Origin: Candidatus Poseidoniales archaeon
GTDB lineage: Archaea; Thermoplasmatota; Poseidoniia; MGIII; CG-Epi1
Direction of reading: 5' to 3'
NCBI GenBank assembly: GCA_045567855.1
Contig: JBJLCC010000011.1
Coordinates: 2,680-66,679 of the forward strand
DNA: 64,000 nucleotides
The notes below the pieces were generated by a model, which saw nothing but the letters and a program-made list of their open reading frames with translations, was not told where the DNA came from and searched no databases. A program made the translations under genes and the position numbers. Positions 1-8,287 of this stretch are shown here, piece by piece. Numbering within the stretch: the first letter of the stretch is position 1; each line of letters starts with the position of its first letter.

Positions 1-2
1 CA

Positions 3-1043
3 CTTTTAGATATTTATGAATCAGGAATGACTGTTAAACAATTAGATCCTTTATTTTCAGGACTAAGAGATGCTATAGTTCCCTTGGTAAAGGCAGTTGG
101 AGAAAGTCCAAATCAACCTGATACAAGTTTTTTGGATATTGGCAAATTCCCTGAAGATCAGCAAAGAGAATTTTCATTGAAAGTAGCGGAAGGTATAGGT
201 TTTGACTTTGAAGCAGGCAGAATGGACACTTCTACCCATCCATTTTGTTCAGGAGCTGGGCCAAACGATGTTCGCTTTACTACAAGGTATGATGAAGAAT
301 TTCCATTTGGGTGCCTGTATGGAGTAATGCATGAAACAGGGCATGGAACGTACGAACAAGGGTTGTTAGAAGAGCATGAAGGTACGCCGATGGGTCAAGC
401 AGTCTCCCTAGGAGTACATGAATCTCAATCAAGAATGTGGGAAAATATGGTTGGACGTAGCAAAGAGTTTTGGCAATATTACATTGAAGATTTCAAGGAG
501 TGTTTTCCACATCTACCAAGTGATTTAGATATTGATACCCTTCATAGAGCTGTAAATACAGTTAAACCATCTCTAATTCGAGTAGAATCAGATGAAGCAA
601 CATACAATCTTCATATCATGGTTAGATATGAAATTGAAAAGCAATTAGTCAATGGTAATATCAACGTTTCAGAATTACCTGATTTTTGGAATTCTAAGAT
701 GGAAGAATATTTAGGAGTAACTCCTCCAAACAATACTAAAGGAGTTCTCCAAGACATTCATTGGTCAATGGGTGCAATAGGTTACTTTCCAACATATACT
801 CTTGGTAATTTGTATGCAGCTCAGCTTTATGCTGCAGCCATCGCAGATGATCCAAGTATTCCTAGTAAAATAGCCAAAGGAGAGTTTAGAGTATTATTGA
901 ATTGGATGAGAAGTCATATACATGTTCATGGCTCTAGGTTAAAACCTGCAGATTTAATTACAAAAGCTACAGGGAAAGAACCCAGCAGTGATGATTTCAT
1001 AAAATATTTAACTACAAAATATTCAAAAATTTATAACTTGTAA
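3..1043 (+). CDS. M32 (carboxypeptidase Taq-like) metallocarboxypeptidase, 5'-truncated by window edge
   Basis: The frame is open from nt 3 (LLDIYESG precedes the first Met at 27), so the gene starts upstream of the window. It has the HExxH zinc motif (HETGHGTYEQG) plus HESQSRMWEN and DIHWSMGAIGYFPTYTLG blocks typical of family M32. Confidence 0.85.
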   Translation, partial: LLDIYESGMTVKQLDPLFSGLRDAIVPLVKAVGESPNQPDTSFLDIGKFPEDQQREFSLKVAEGIGFDFEAGRMDTSTHPFCSGAGPNDVRFTTRYDEEFPFGCLYGVMHETGHGTYEQGLLEEHEGTPMGQAVSLGVHESQSRMWENMVGRSKEFWQYYIEDFKECFPHLPSDLDIDTLHRAVNTVKPSLIRVESDEATYNLHIMVRYEIEKQLVNGNINVSELPDFWNSKMEEYLGVTPPNNTKGVLQDIHWSMGAIGYFPTYTLGNLYAAQLYAAAIADDPSIPSKIAKGEFRVLLNWMRSHIHVHGSRLKPADLITKATGKEPSSDDFIKYLTTKYSKIYNL

Positions 1044-1045
1044 AG

Positions 1046-1121
1046 TGGTAGCCCCCCTCGGATTCGAACCGAGGTCTCAGGCTCCAAAGGCCTGAATGAT
1101 GGACCGCTACACTAGGGGGCT
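1046..1121 (-). tRNA. tRNA-Gln (anticodon UUG), CCA encoded
   Basis: I folded the reverse complement by hand. Acceptor stem AGCCCCC/GGGGGCT (A1:U72), anticodon stem CAGGC/GCCTG with loop CTTTGGA (TTG), T arm CTCGG-TTCGAAT-CCGAG, and a 3' ACCA. Confidence 0.9.
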
Positions 1122-1170
1122 TCACTTGGTTAGAGACAGGTCTCTTTAGAAATGTCCCCCGTAAGCAACA

Positions 1171-1179
1171 ATTAATAAA
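1171..1179 (+). promoter_or_regulatory. TATA-like box upstream of the 1200 ORF (leaderless geometry)
   Basis: attaataaa is centred about 25 nt upstream of the ATG at 1200. Confidence 0.35.
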
Positions 1180-1199
1180 GGTCCCGTGGTGCAATATCA

Positions 1200-1457
1200 A
1201 TGACAGCTAGTGATAGGTTTATGAAAAAGGTCAGTGATTTCTACAATGACTTAGGATATCCTGTCACTTGGGAAGGTGAAGGTTCTAAACGCAGTTTAGA
1301 AATTCAATTTAAAGCAGAGTCTGGTTATTTTACTTCTATGATTTTTTCACCAAGCGGAAATGATATTATCGTAAAAGATGAATGGGGCCGTGAGCAAAAA
1401 ATTAAGGCTACGAAAGGAAATCTTGATATGATTAAATCTTGGTCTGAAAACCGCTAA
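1200..1457 (+). CDS. hypothetical protein (85 aa)
   Basis: ORF with a TATA-like element at the expected distance. I recognise no motif. Confidence 0.4.
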   Translation: MTASDRFMKKVSDFYNDLGYPVTWEGEGSKRSLEIQFKAESGYFTSMIFSPSGNDIIVKDEWGREQKIKATKGNLDMIKSWSENR

Positions 1458-2101
1458 TCAGGTAATTTACTCATACTTTCAGCATCAGGTCTTGATTTTA
1501 TTTCTAAGTTAGTTAATCTATCTTGATCAAATTCAAAAATCCAAGGTTCGCACCATCCAATTTCCGTTTTGAGTATTTGCTCAGGACTAAAATTCTTTAG
1601 CGCCATTACAATGGCTCTTATGCTATTTCCGTGAGCACTTACGATAACATTTTTACCATCAAATACCTGAGGTAATATATTGTCATTGAGGTAAGGTATT
1701 ACTCTATCAGCAGTATCCTTTAGAGATTCTCCACCAGGGGGCGGGATGTCATAGCTTCTTCTCCAGATTTGGACTTGCTCATCTCCGAATTTTTTAGCAG
1801 CTTCAGCTTTATTCTGACCGACTAAATCGCCATAATCTCTCTCATTTAAAGCCAAGTTTTTCTTAACAGGAATTGATGTTTGCTTTATTCCTTTTAGAAT
1901 AATATCTAATGTATCATTTGCCCTTTTAAGTTTTGATGTGAAGGCCATGTCAAAATTTATCTTTTTGAGTAAATTAACAGCTTGTTTAGCTTCAGCTATA
2001 CCTTGTTCATTGAGATCTACATCCTTCCATCCGGTAAATCTATTTTGATCATTATAAACAGATAATCCATGTCTCACAAGAATAAGTTTTCCACGTTTCA
2101 T
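1454..2101 (-). CDS. gpmA: 2,3-bisphosphoglycerate-dependent phosphoglycerate mutase (histidine phosphatase family)
   Basis: N-terminal LILVRHGLSVYNDQNRFTGWKDVDL (RHG catalytic motif) and a distal SAHGNSIRA motif. Length is 215 aa. Confidence 0.85.
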   Translation of the reverse strand: MKRGKLILVRHGLSVYNDQNRFTGWKDVDLNEQGIAEAKQAVNLLKKINFDMAFTSKLKRANDTLDIILKGIKQTSIPVKKNLALNERDYGDLVGQNKAEAAKKFGDEQVQIWRRSYDIPPPGGESLKDTADRVIPYLNDNILPQVFDGKNVIVSAHGNSIRAIVMALKNFSPEQILKTEIGWCEPWIFEFDQDRLTNLEIKSRPDAESMSKLPD

Positions 2102-2103
2102 AA

Positions 2104-3090
2104 TTAGTTATATTTTTCTATCGCAACTTGTCCATATTTAGGTAACGGCTGTGCCCTTATGCCCAACTGTTTTTCGATTTGCTTTGCTAACTCCTTTGTT
2201 GAACCGTGCACCGTGTAAACTTGTTTAGGATTGCATTCTTCAACAAACTTCATTGTTCCACTAAAATCGGAATGATCGCTTATTGGAAATCCAGCATCTA
2301 CACTTCTCAACGCCCATTCTGAAAAAGCGCACCATCCAGAAACCCGTGCAGTTTTAGCACCTTTCTTCCTCATATTTTGCACAGCCTCATCTTTTTTCTT
2401 TCCATTGGCAGCAGTAGTCGAAGTTACCAGTAATTCAGTATTTTTTTGCTCATTTTCAGTTATTTCAGAATATCTATTGTATTCCAGATTAACGCCGTTA
2501 TTTTTGTATATATCACTAACAGAACCTACCACATCAGAAACTACAGGCGTTACACCACCCAAGTTGGCGGTTGCAATTACTTCCTGTGCTTTCCCTAGCG
2601 AGTAAGCTCCGATAATAGCTCCTTCTTTTGCAGATGTAGCCATTATCCATGCCTGTAAATCGCTAAGGACTTCTTTCCTGTCAGGTAGAACTTGGTCTGG
2701 TTTTCCATAAGTAGATTCAATGATTAAGGTATCACAATCCTGCGGTTTAGCAATCCCTGCGGTTACAGTCCCATACGGATTATAGTCTCCAGTATAGAGA
2801 ACACCTTCACATTCAATCATTGCAGAGCCTACAACATGTCCTGCCGAAAAAAACTCTAACTCAAAATCGTTTATCTTAAACTTTTCGTGAAGATTATGCG
2901 TGGTCGCCTCTTTATATCCTGTTCTAGCAATCATGACTTCTTTAGTAGGCTCAGTCATGTGAGTTTTTGGCCTTAGATGGTCAGAATGCCCATGACTTAC
3001 AGCTCCGTCTGGCCTTCCACTTGATGGATCGAGATAAATTGCTCTTTTATCTCTTTTAAGACATATGCCTTTGTAATCAAAAACTTCCAC
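2104..3090 (-). CDS. metallo-beta-lactamase fold, beta-CASP-like nuclease/hydrolase
   Basis: HGHSDH (HxHxDH) motif near the N-terminus and about 330 aa. The architecture resembles short archaeal/bacterial beta-CASP exonucleases. Confidence 0.7.
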   Translation of the reverse strand: MEVFDYKGICLKRDKRAIYLDPSSGRPDGAVSHGHSDHLRPKTHMTEPTKEVMIARTGYKEATTHNLHEKFKINDFELEFFSAGHVVGSAMIECEGVLYTGDYNPYGTVTAGIAKPQDCDTLIIESTYGKPDQVLPDRKEVLSDLQAWIMATSAKEGAIIGAYSLGKAQEVIATANLGGVTPVVSDVVGSVSDIYKNNGVNLEYNRYSEITENEQKNTELLVTSTTAANGKKKDEAVQNMRKKGAKTARVSGWCAFSEWALRSVDAGFPISDHSDFSGTMKFVEECNPKQVYTVHGSTKELAKQIEKQLGIRAQPLPKYGQVAIEKYN

Positions 3091-3614
3091 TAATTTACAC
3101 CTTTTAGGCTAAAAGAGTATCTTGCAGGTTCTCTCCATCGGTGTCCTGTTAAGTATCCACATAATTTACAATTAAAGCCAATAGCCACTTTTCCGCCGTA
3201 AAGTGTTGCATTATGAACTCTCTTCAATGGTGAGGTACAGACTGGGCATGGTTGTCCAGGAGATGCAAACTCACCTCTGTGATGCGTATGCCCACTTTGG
3301 TCTTCACCGGGCCGAATTCTTCTCCATCGTTTTACAACTGGATCGTATCCTAAGCCTTGTCTTCTGAAAGTATTTTCATCATTTTCAGGTCCAGCACCTA
3401 CAGAGCGTGTTCTTATTCCCAGTTTAATTTTTTTCGACTTAACGGCTACTACTCTCATCCTTTCAGCTGAAAGTTTGTATGTTTTATCTTCTTTTTTAAG
3501 GTGTACAATAACTAGTTTATGCATTTTAGTTTGAGTATCGATTGTTCCTCTATTTTTCAGAACGTTTATGACAGCTTCCACTATCACTTTTTTAGTAGGT
3601 TTTCGATACTCCAT
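3090..3614 (-). CDS. hypothetical basic protein with C-terminal zinc-ribbon (CPVC...CKLC)
   Basis: 174-aa ORF whose stop overlaps the start of the downstream MBL gene by 1 nt. It has a CPVCTSP...NCKLCGY four-Cys motif and a Lys/Arg-rich N-terminal half. Confidence 0.5.
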   Translation of the reverse strand: MEYRKPTKKVIVEAVINVLKNRGTIDTQTKMHKLVIVHLKKEDKTYKLSAERMRVVAVKSKKIKLGIRTRSVGAGPENDENTFRRQGLGYDPVVKRWRRIRPGEDQSGHTHHRGEFASPGQPCPVCTSPLKRVHNATLYGGKVAIGFNCKLCGYLTGHRWREPARYSFSLKGVN

Positions 3615-3695
3615 TAGTATCCCATCAGAACTGAATGTTAAAGCTTGTTGGAGCTATAGTAATTTTTATATTCCATTACAACAAAGGGTATACAA

Positions 3696-3701
3696 CCGGA
3701 G
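3696..3701 (+). promoter_or_regulatory. Shine-Dalgarno-like GGAGGT ahead of the ArsR-family gene
   Basis: ggaggt lies 6 nt upstream of the ATG at 3708, and a ttttatatt TATA-like element lies about 40 nt upstream. Confidence 0.4.
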
Positions 3702-3707
3702 GTTGAT

Positions 3708-4367
3708 ATGTCATTCGATGAAGTAGACGAATTATTTTATTTATTAGAAAACCCAACAAGGCGTAGAATTCTTCAATTGTTGTCGATAGAAAGACTATAT
3801 CCGTTGCAATTATCAAAGGAAATAGATGTGACTCAACAAGCAGTAGTAAAGCATTTAAGAATTTTAGAAGACCATGGATTAGTAAAATCAAGGGATGAAC
3901 CGAGTCGACGAGGTCCAAATAGAAGGGTTTACAAAGCATCTAGAGATGTTTCCTTACACATAGATATTGGCCCCTCAACTTATAAGCAAAAAGCCGAAAC
4001 TGACTTTGATGTTTCAGATTTATCAGATCAAAATCGCAGAGTCTTAGATGCAATTGCCGAATCAGAAAATATGGATTCAAGAGCTAGAATGGATCTCTTA
4101 TCGCGAGTCTCAGAAGATCTCAAACAGTCTATAGATGAGGTAGAGTCGGAAAGAAGAAGTCTAATGGCACTAATGGGTGAATTAAATAGAAAAATAATAT
4201 CTACAACTCAGGATGCAGATTGTACTTATCACGAAAGGAGATTATTACATCATATTCTTCATAACAGAGATTACACTATTGAAAGTGCAGCCGCATCATT
4301 AGGTCTTCGTGAGGCTGAAGTCAGAATAATATTAGAAAGTTTACAGCATAGAGGACTAACTCGCTAA
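3708..4367 (+). CDS. ArsR-family winged-helix transcriptional regulator with long helical C-terminal extension
   Basis: NPTRRRILQLLSIERLYPLQLSKEIDVTQQAVVKHLRILEDHGLV is a typical ArsR/SmtB HTH. The C-terminal half is charged and helical. Confidence 0.8.
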   Translation: MSFDEVDELFYLLENPTRRRILQLLSIERLYPLQLSKEIDVTQQAVVKHLRILEDHGLVKSRDEPSRRGPNRRVYKASRDVSLHIDIGPSTYKQKAETDFDVSDLSDQNRRVLDAIAESENMDSRARMDLLSRVSEDLKQSIDEVESERRSLMALMGELNRKIISTTQDADCTYHERRLLHHILHNRDYTIESAAASLGLREAEVRIILESLQHRGLTR

Positions 4368-4414
4368 TTATCCGCATATCTTATATAGAATGCTAAAATA
4401 ATATAATATCTAAG

Positions 4415-4945
4415 ATGGACGCTCTTCAGAAAAGTTTACTTGCAGTAGTTGCAATATCATTGTTCTTTCCTATCGCGCAAGCTGAGGACAAAATATATCG
4501 CGTTGAGGGCCTACCTGAAGATTTACACTATTTTACAGGGAAGTCTTACGAGGTTGTACTTACTGCAAATGATTATGCTTCAATTTCAGAAGTAAACATT
4601 AGTGTGACTAACGGGTCGTTAAGTTTGACAAATGAATTTGAGGCTGATGTATACAATTTAATTTTAGAATCGAGCGATGATGGTTGGACTTTTTTCTGGC
4701 AAGCTCCGGATCAATCTTTTAGTTTAGGAGAAGGTAATTCTTTAATGACTATAATTTTCACAGATACAGACGGTCAAGTATGGTCATCGTACGAGTCTAT
4801 GCTTAGATCGCCGGAAATAGTGTCCCACAGTACCTCAGGAGTTCCTGACTGGGCAAATTTATTAGCATGGTCTGGAGTTAGTGTTACAGTTTTATGCTCG
4901 GTTGCTGGTTCTTACGTTCTCAGAAGAGATAAAATTAAGCAATAA
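4415..4945 (+). CDS. secreted, C-terminally membrane-anchored hypothetical protein
   Basis: Sec-type signal peptide (LLAVVAISLFFPIAQA/ED), a C-terminal hydrophobic helix plus a basic tail (RRDKIKQ), and N-x-S/T sequons. Confidence 0.55.
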   Translation: MDALQKSLLAVVAISLFFPIAQAEDKIYRVEGLPEDLHYFTGKSYEVVLTANDYASISEVNISVTNGSLSLTNEFEADVYNLILESSDDGWTFFWQAPDQSFSLGEGNSLMTIIFTDTDGQVWSSYESMLRSPEIVSHSTSGVPDWANLLAWSGVSVTVLCSVAGSYVLRRDKIKQ

Positions 4946-4960
4946 TTTTTGTAACGTAAG

Positions 4961-4969
4961 GTATATATG
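4961..4969 (+). promoter_or_regulatory. TATA box of pilin gene
   Basis: gtatatatg is preceded by purines (aag). The expected transcription start is near 4990, giving a 5' UTR of about 25 nt that carries a GAGGA Shine-Dalgarno at 5004-5008. Confidence 0.45.
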
Positions 4970-4989
4970 CTCAGCCAACTGTCTATTTG

Positions 4990-5005
4990 TCTGACTTAGG
5001 TCAGA
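4990..5005 (+). promoter_or_regulatory. perfect 6-bp inverted repeat (TCTGAC-TTAG-GTCAGA) in pilin 5' leader, overlapping the SD
   Basis: Read directly from the sequence. The 3' arm overlaps the AGAGGA Shine-Dalgarno region. Confidence 0.35.
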
Positions 5006-5015
5006 GGACACAACA

Positions 5016-5519
5016 ATGCAAAGAAGAATTGTAAAAGATGAGCAGGCAGTATCTCCTGTAATTGCGGTTATTTTGATGGTCGCTATTACAGTGGTTTTGG
5101 CTGCAGTATTGTACGTTTGGGCTAGCAGTTTCCTTGGTGGTACAACCAAGAACGCACCAACCGGCAGTATGATAGCTAGCGAAGATGGAAGCGGTGTCTG
5201 GACGGTTCAGATCGTCAAGATTAACCCACAAGTTTCCGTAAACTCTGTACACTGGTACTTATTAGATGTACAAGGAAACACTAAGACTGATGGCTTAGTT
5301 TCTGATGTCTATGGATATTACTCTGGTCAGGGTAAAGCTGTAGTCTTCATTGACAACGACTTCAACGGCAAGTTGAGCCCAGGTGACAAATTTGAAGTTC
5401 ACCCAGGTGAAGCTGGTTCCGATTTGGAAAGTGTAAATGACGTAAGTGATTACTCCTTCCGTATGAAGTTCGAGCCTACTGGTGATGTAATCGGATACGA
5501 TATAGGTCTACAATCATAG
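5016..5519 (+). CDS. archaeal type IV pilin-like protein (class III signal peptide, Pilin_N/DUF1628 type)
   Basis: N-terminus MQRRIVKDEQAVSPVIAVILMVAITVVLAAVLYVW matches the archaeal pilin N-terminal consensus (..AVSPVIg.iLmvAITVvLAa..). The rest is a soluble beta-rich domain. Confidence 0.8.
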   Translation: MQRRIVKDEQAVSPVIAVILMVAITVVLAAVLYVWASSFLGGTTKNAPTGSMIASEDGSGVWTVQIVKINPQVSVNSVHWYLLDVQGNTKTDGLVSDVYGYYSGQGKAVVFIDNDFNGKLSPGDKFEVHPGEAGSDLESVNDVSDYSFRMKFEPTGDVIGYDIGLQS

Positions 5520-5569
5520 ACTTAGGTCACCAAAATTAGAGTGGAATTCTTTTCACTCGCAGGTAATTC

Positions 5570-5604
5570 GGGGGCTTCGGCCCCCACTTACCAAACTTTT
5601 TTTT
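5570..5604 (+). terminator. GC-rich hairpin with UUCG tetraloop followed by T8 tract
   Basis: GGGGGC-TTCG-GCCCCC (5570-5585) stands out in an AT-rich context, and the T8 run is at 5597-5604. It lies between the convergent pilin and cca genes. Confidence 0.5.
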
Positions 5605-6784
5605 AATCTAACCAAGGCACACGTTGGATTGGTTTTGCACCTTCACATATCCCTTCCCTTACGCTTGCATTTGGTAGAAGAGATTTCACCACGTCTTCGA
5701 TTGTTTGATTTCTTGGTTTTTTACCAATTTCCAATCTCTCATCGTTAAGTATTGCATTTGGATATTTTTTTAGAAATTCAATTGCTCCGTTTTCCCAAGG
5801 AGCTGGGCCTTTGTGTGATACTATTTCGGGTAGTTTTCGCATTCCAGTTTCTATGACAATATAACCGTCATTCCCCATATTTGCATTCCATGCGATTGGT
5901 TCAAAGTCATGAAGCGCCCTATAGATTTTTCTTCCTTGTTTTTGTAACCATGGCATTACGGTTTCTTCATTTTCTCCTGGAAGCGATAAAATAATACTTG
6001 TCAAATTTCCTTGAAATTCTCTTTCTTTATACTTAGGGAAAAAGAAATTATTTGACGGCTCATCAAGAAATGATTTAGAAGCTAAAATAGCAGTTCCTAG
6101 TCCTTTCAAAGTTACTCCTGCAGCTACATTTCTTTTGTCATCGACAGGATCACAAATCATTATTGGAGATTCAGGAGTTTTCATTTTATCAATAATAATA
6201 GGAGGTCTCCACCGGGAAATTTCTTTAATTAGATTTAAGAATCCTCCGTATTTTATGCAAAGTATTTCTACTAAATAACCTGAAAACCCACCTACTGCGG
6301 AATTTGCACCGTAAGCTCCAACGGCCTTTAGGAACTGTTTTGTCAATCTTACTTCATTTTCTAACCCATTTATATTGGATATTACCCAATCAGTATGGAA
6401 TGGCGTTCTATCCACTGCAGATACAGATTCAGTAGAGTCTTCAATTGCAAAACAAGGTACTAGATCAATCCCCACACCATCTATTTCTCCTCTCAAATAG
6501 GGATGCTGTGCGTAGAGTTCCTTACCATTAGGTAGTATTTTCCTTGCTATAGCCAAACCTTCTTTTTTCAAATTAGCTCCCTTTTGAAATATTAAAAAAA
6601 TGTCAATGTCAGTTCCAGCTAGAAAAGTTCTTTTTGCAATTGATCCTACAACTTTAGCTTCAAAAGTTGACATTTCTAAAGCCTTTATTTTCTTAAGAAT
6701 ATTGTCCCTTAAACTTATTATTTTTTCTTTTTCTTCAAGTTTTGGTTGGACTTGCTCTAAGGCCTCAGCTATTATTTCTTTCAC
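5603..6784 (-). CDS. cca: CCA-adding tRNA nucleotidyltransferase (archaeal class I)
   Basis: GSIAKRTFLAGTDIDIFL nucleotidyltransferase motif (G[SG]..[DE]hD) and an archaeal-type domain order. The GTG start overlaps the upstream stop (GTGA). Confidence 0.8.
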   Translation of the reverse strand: MKEIIAEALEQVQPKLEEKEKIISLRDNILKKIKALEMSTFEAKVVGSIAKRTFLAGTDIDIFLIFQKGANLKKEGLAIARKILPNGKELYAQHPYLRGEIDGVGIDLVPCFAIEDSTESVSAVDRTPFHTDWVISNINGLENEVRLTKQFLKAVGAYGANSAVGGFSGYLVEILCIKYGGFLNLIKEISRWRPPIIIDKMKTPESPIMICDPVDDKRNVAAGVTLKGLGTAILASKSFLDEPSNNFFFPKYKEREFQGNLTSIILSLPGENEETVMPWLQKQGRKIYRALHDFEPIAWNANMGNDGYIVIETGMRKLPEIVSHKGPAPWENGAIEFLKKYPNAILNDERLEIGKKPRNQTIEDVVKSLLPNASVREGICEGAKPIQRVPWLD

Positions 6785-7284
6785 TCTTCTTCATCTGCAT
6801 GGTCGACTTTACCTTTACGCCATGCCTTTGTCCTTTCTTTTTCAGCCCTTTTTCTTAATGTTTCAATATCATCTTTAACAGGAAGAAAGATAGGAATAAT
6901 GAATATTATAAGTCCAAGAATTAATGCTAATATTCCCCATAATAAGTATTTTCCAGTTGTTATAGATTCTAAAAATAATGAGATAAGTATAAGAGACAAA
7001 ACAGTGGAAATCCAAATTATTTTTCTGAAAGCCTTTTCTGAAATAATATATTTATCCTTTTCTTCTAAAATTTCAACTGAAAATTCGGCATTTGGAATTT
7101 CAATCTCTTCTTCATTACTAACAGGCCTTTCCAGTTTTAATTTTCTTAAGTATAAATGACCTGCGATTCCAGATATTATGAAGGCAGCTTGCCCATATCC
7201 AGGATCGCCTGCTGCAGTTGCAGCCCAAACGGCATACAACATTGTTAGCCATATTGTAACTATTATTGCATTATACAAGTCCAT
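6781..7284 (-). CDS. hypothetical membrane protein (about 4 TM, charged C-terminal tail)
   Basis: Hydrophobic segments are visible and there are no conserved motifs. It lies between the flavodoxin-ferredoxin gene and cca in the same orientation. Confidence 0.5.
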   Translation of the reverse strand: MDLYNAIIVTIWLTMLYAVWAATAAGDPGYGQAAFIISGIAGHLYLRKLKLERPVSNEEEIEIPNAEFSVEILEEKDKYIISEKAFRKIIWISTVLSLILISLFLESITTGKYLLWGILALILGLIIFIIPIFLPVKDDIETLRKRAEKERTKAWRKGKVDHADEEE

Positions 7285-7297
7285 GATTATTCGAGAT

Positions 7298-8287
7298 TTA
7301 GACTTTACTTTCCATGGTAATTGCTTCTACAGGGCAGGCGAAAGCACAGAGGGTACAACCTACACAAGTATCATCTAAAATCAATGCTTTTTTAGATTCG
7401 AATTGCGAGGTTCTTGCTTTCAAGTCCCAAGATATCATATCAATTGATGCAAAATTACAGTAGTAAACACATTGAGTACAACCTATGCATTTTTCGTTAT
7501 CTACTAAAGCAATGTAGTCTTTACCTTGGGGAAGAGATTTGAGAGTTATTTTTCTCAACTCTTTGAACATATCTTTAGCTTTTTCTATGCCTGTTGTAGG
7601 TAATTCATCGTCGTCAACAGCTTCTTTAACTCTTTTAAGCCATTTATTAGGTTTATGAAAGAAAAGGGATGCAGTTCCCATTGCTTGGTATGCAGAAGTT
7701 CCAGCATTTTCTTCTACAACAGTTTCGACTTCAGTATCTACTACGGCACCGGATGCATAAGAAGTCATACTTTCAACTAAATCAGCTTGGAAGTTTCCTT
7801 CATTATCAACGCTAGCTAATTTTGACATCGTACCATTCATCCATTGTTCAGCCGGTTCTTCAAAATCTACATCACAATCAACTCTATCATGGATTCTAGT
7901 ACCTCCCATATCTTCCATGGTTTTATCCCAATCTATTCCGGACTGACAAAATAAATCGTAACCTGTATCTCCGAGTGCACAAATTGAAAAATGAGTGTTA
8001 GTTAATATTTTACCAACACCAACTGCAGCTTCGTACAGTTCTTCAGCATTGTCAGGCATTTCTCCTTCTCCCCATGTGGAGCATACAATCATCACTCTGG
8101 ACATTCCAGACATTGAATTAATGTCAAAGCCATCCATGTCATGAACTGTAGGATTTAGTCCGTATTTTTTAGCTTCTTTTTGCCATTTTTCAGCTAAGCC
8201 TTCAGAATTTCCACTCTGAGAGCCGTACAATATATGTAAATCTCGATTTCCTTCAGTAGCGAATGCAGTAATATCCACATCAGACAC
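7298..8287 (-). CDS. flavodoxin (FMN) domain fused to 2x[4Fe-4S] ferredoxin domain
   Basis: N-terminal ILYGSQSGNSEGLAEK...CSTWGEGEMPDN resembles the CysJ/CPR-type FMN domain. The C-terminus carries CIGCTQCVYYC and CVGCTLCAFACP cluster motifs. GTG start, TAGTG overlap with the upstream gene. Confidence 0.8.
   Translation of the reverse strand: MSDVDITAFATEGNRDLHILYGSQSGNSEGLAEKWQKEAKKYGLNPTVHDMDGFDINSMSGMSRVMIVCSTWGEGEMPDNAEELYEAAVGVGKILTNTHFSICALGDTGYDLFCQSGIDWDKTMEDMGGTRIHDRVDCDVDFEEPAEQWMNGTMSKLASVDNEGNFQADLVESMTSYASGAVVDTEVETVVEENAGTSAYQAMGTASLFFHKPNKWLKRVKEAVDDDELPTTGIEKAKDMFKELRKITLKSLPQGKDYIALVDNEKCIGCTQCVYYCNFASIDMISWDLKARTSQFESKKALILDDTCVGCTLCAFACPVEAITMESKV

Noticed and set aside
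1012-1200. 62-aa minus-strand ORF from the ORF track
   Set aside because: It is almost entirely occupied by the tRNA-Gln gene (1046-1121) and the 3' end of the carboxypeptidase gene. Its sequence is low-complexity with no coding signal.
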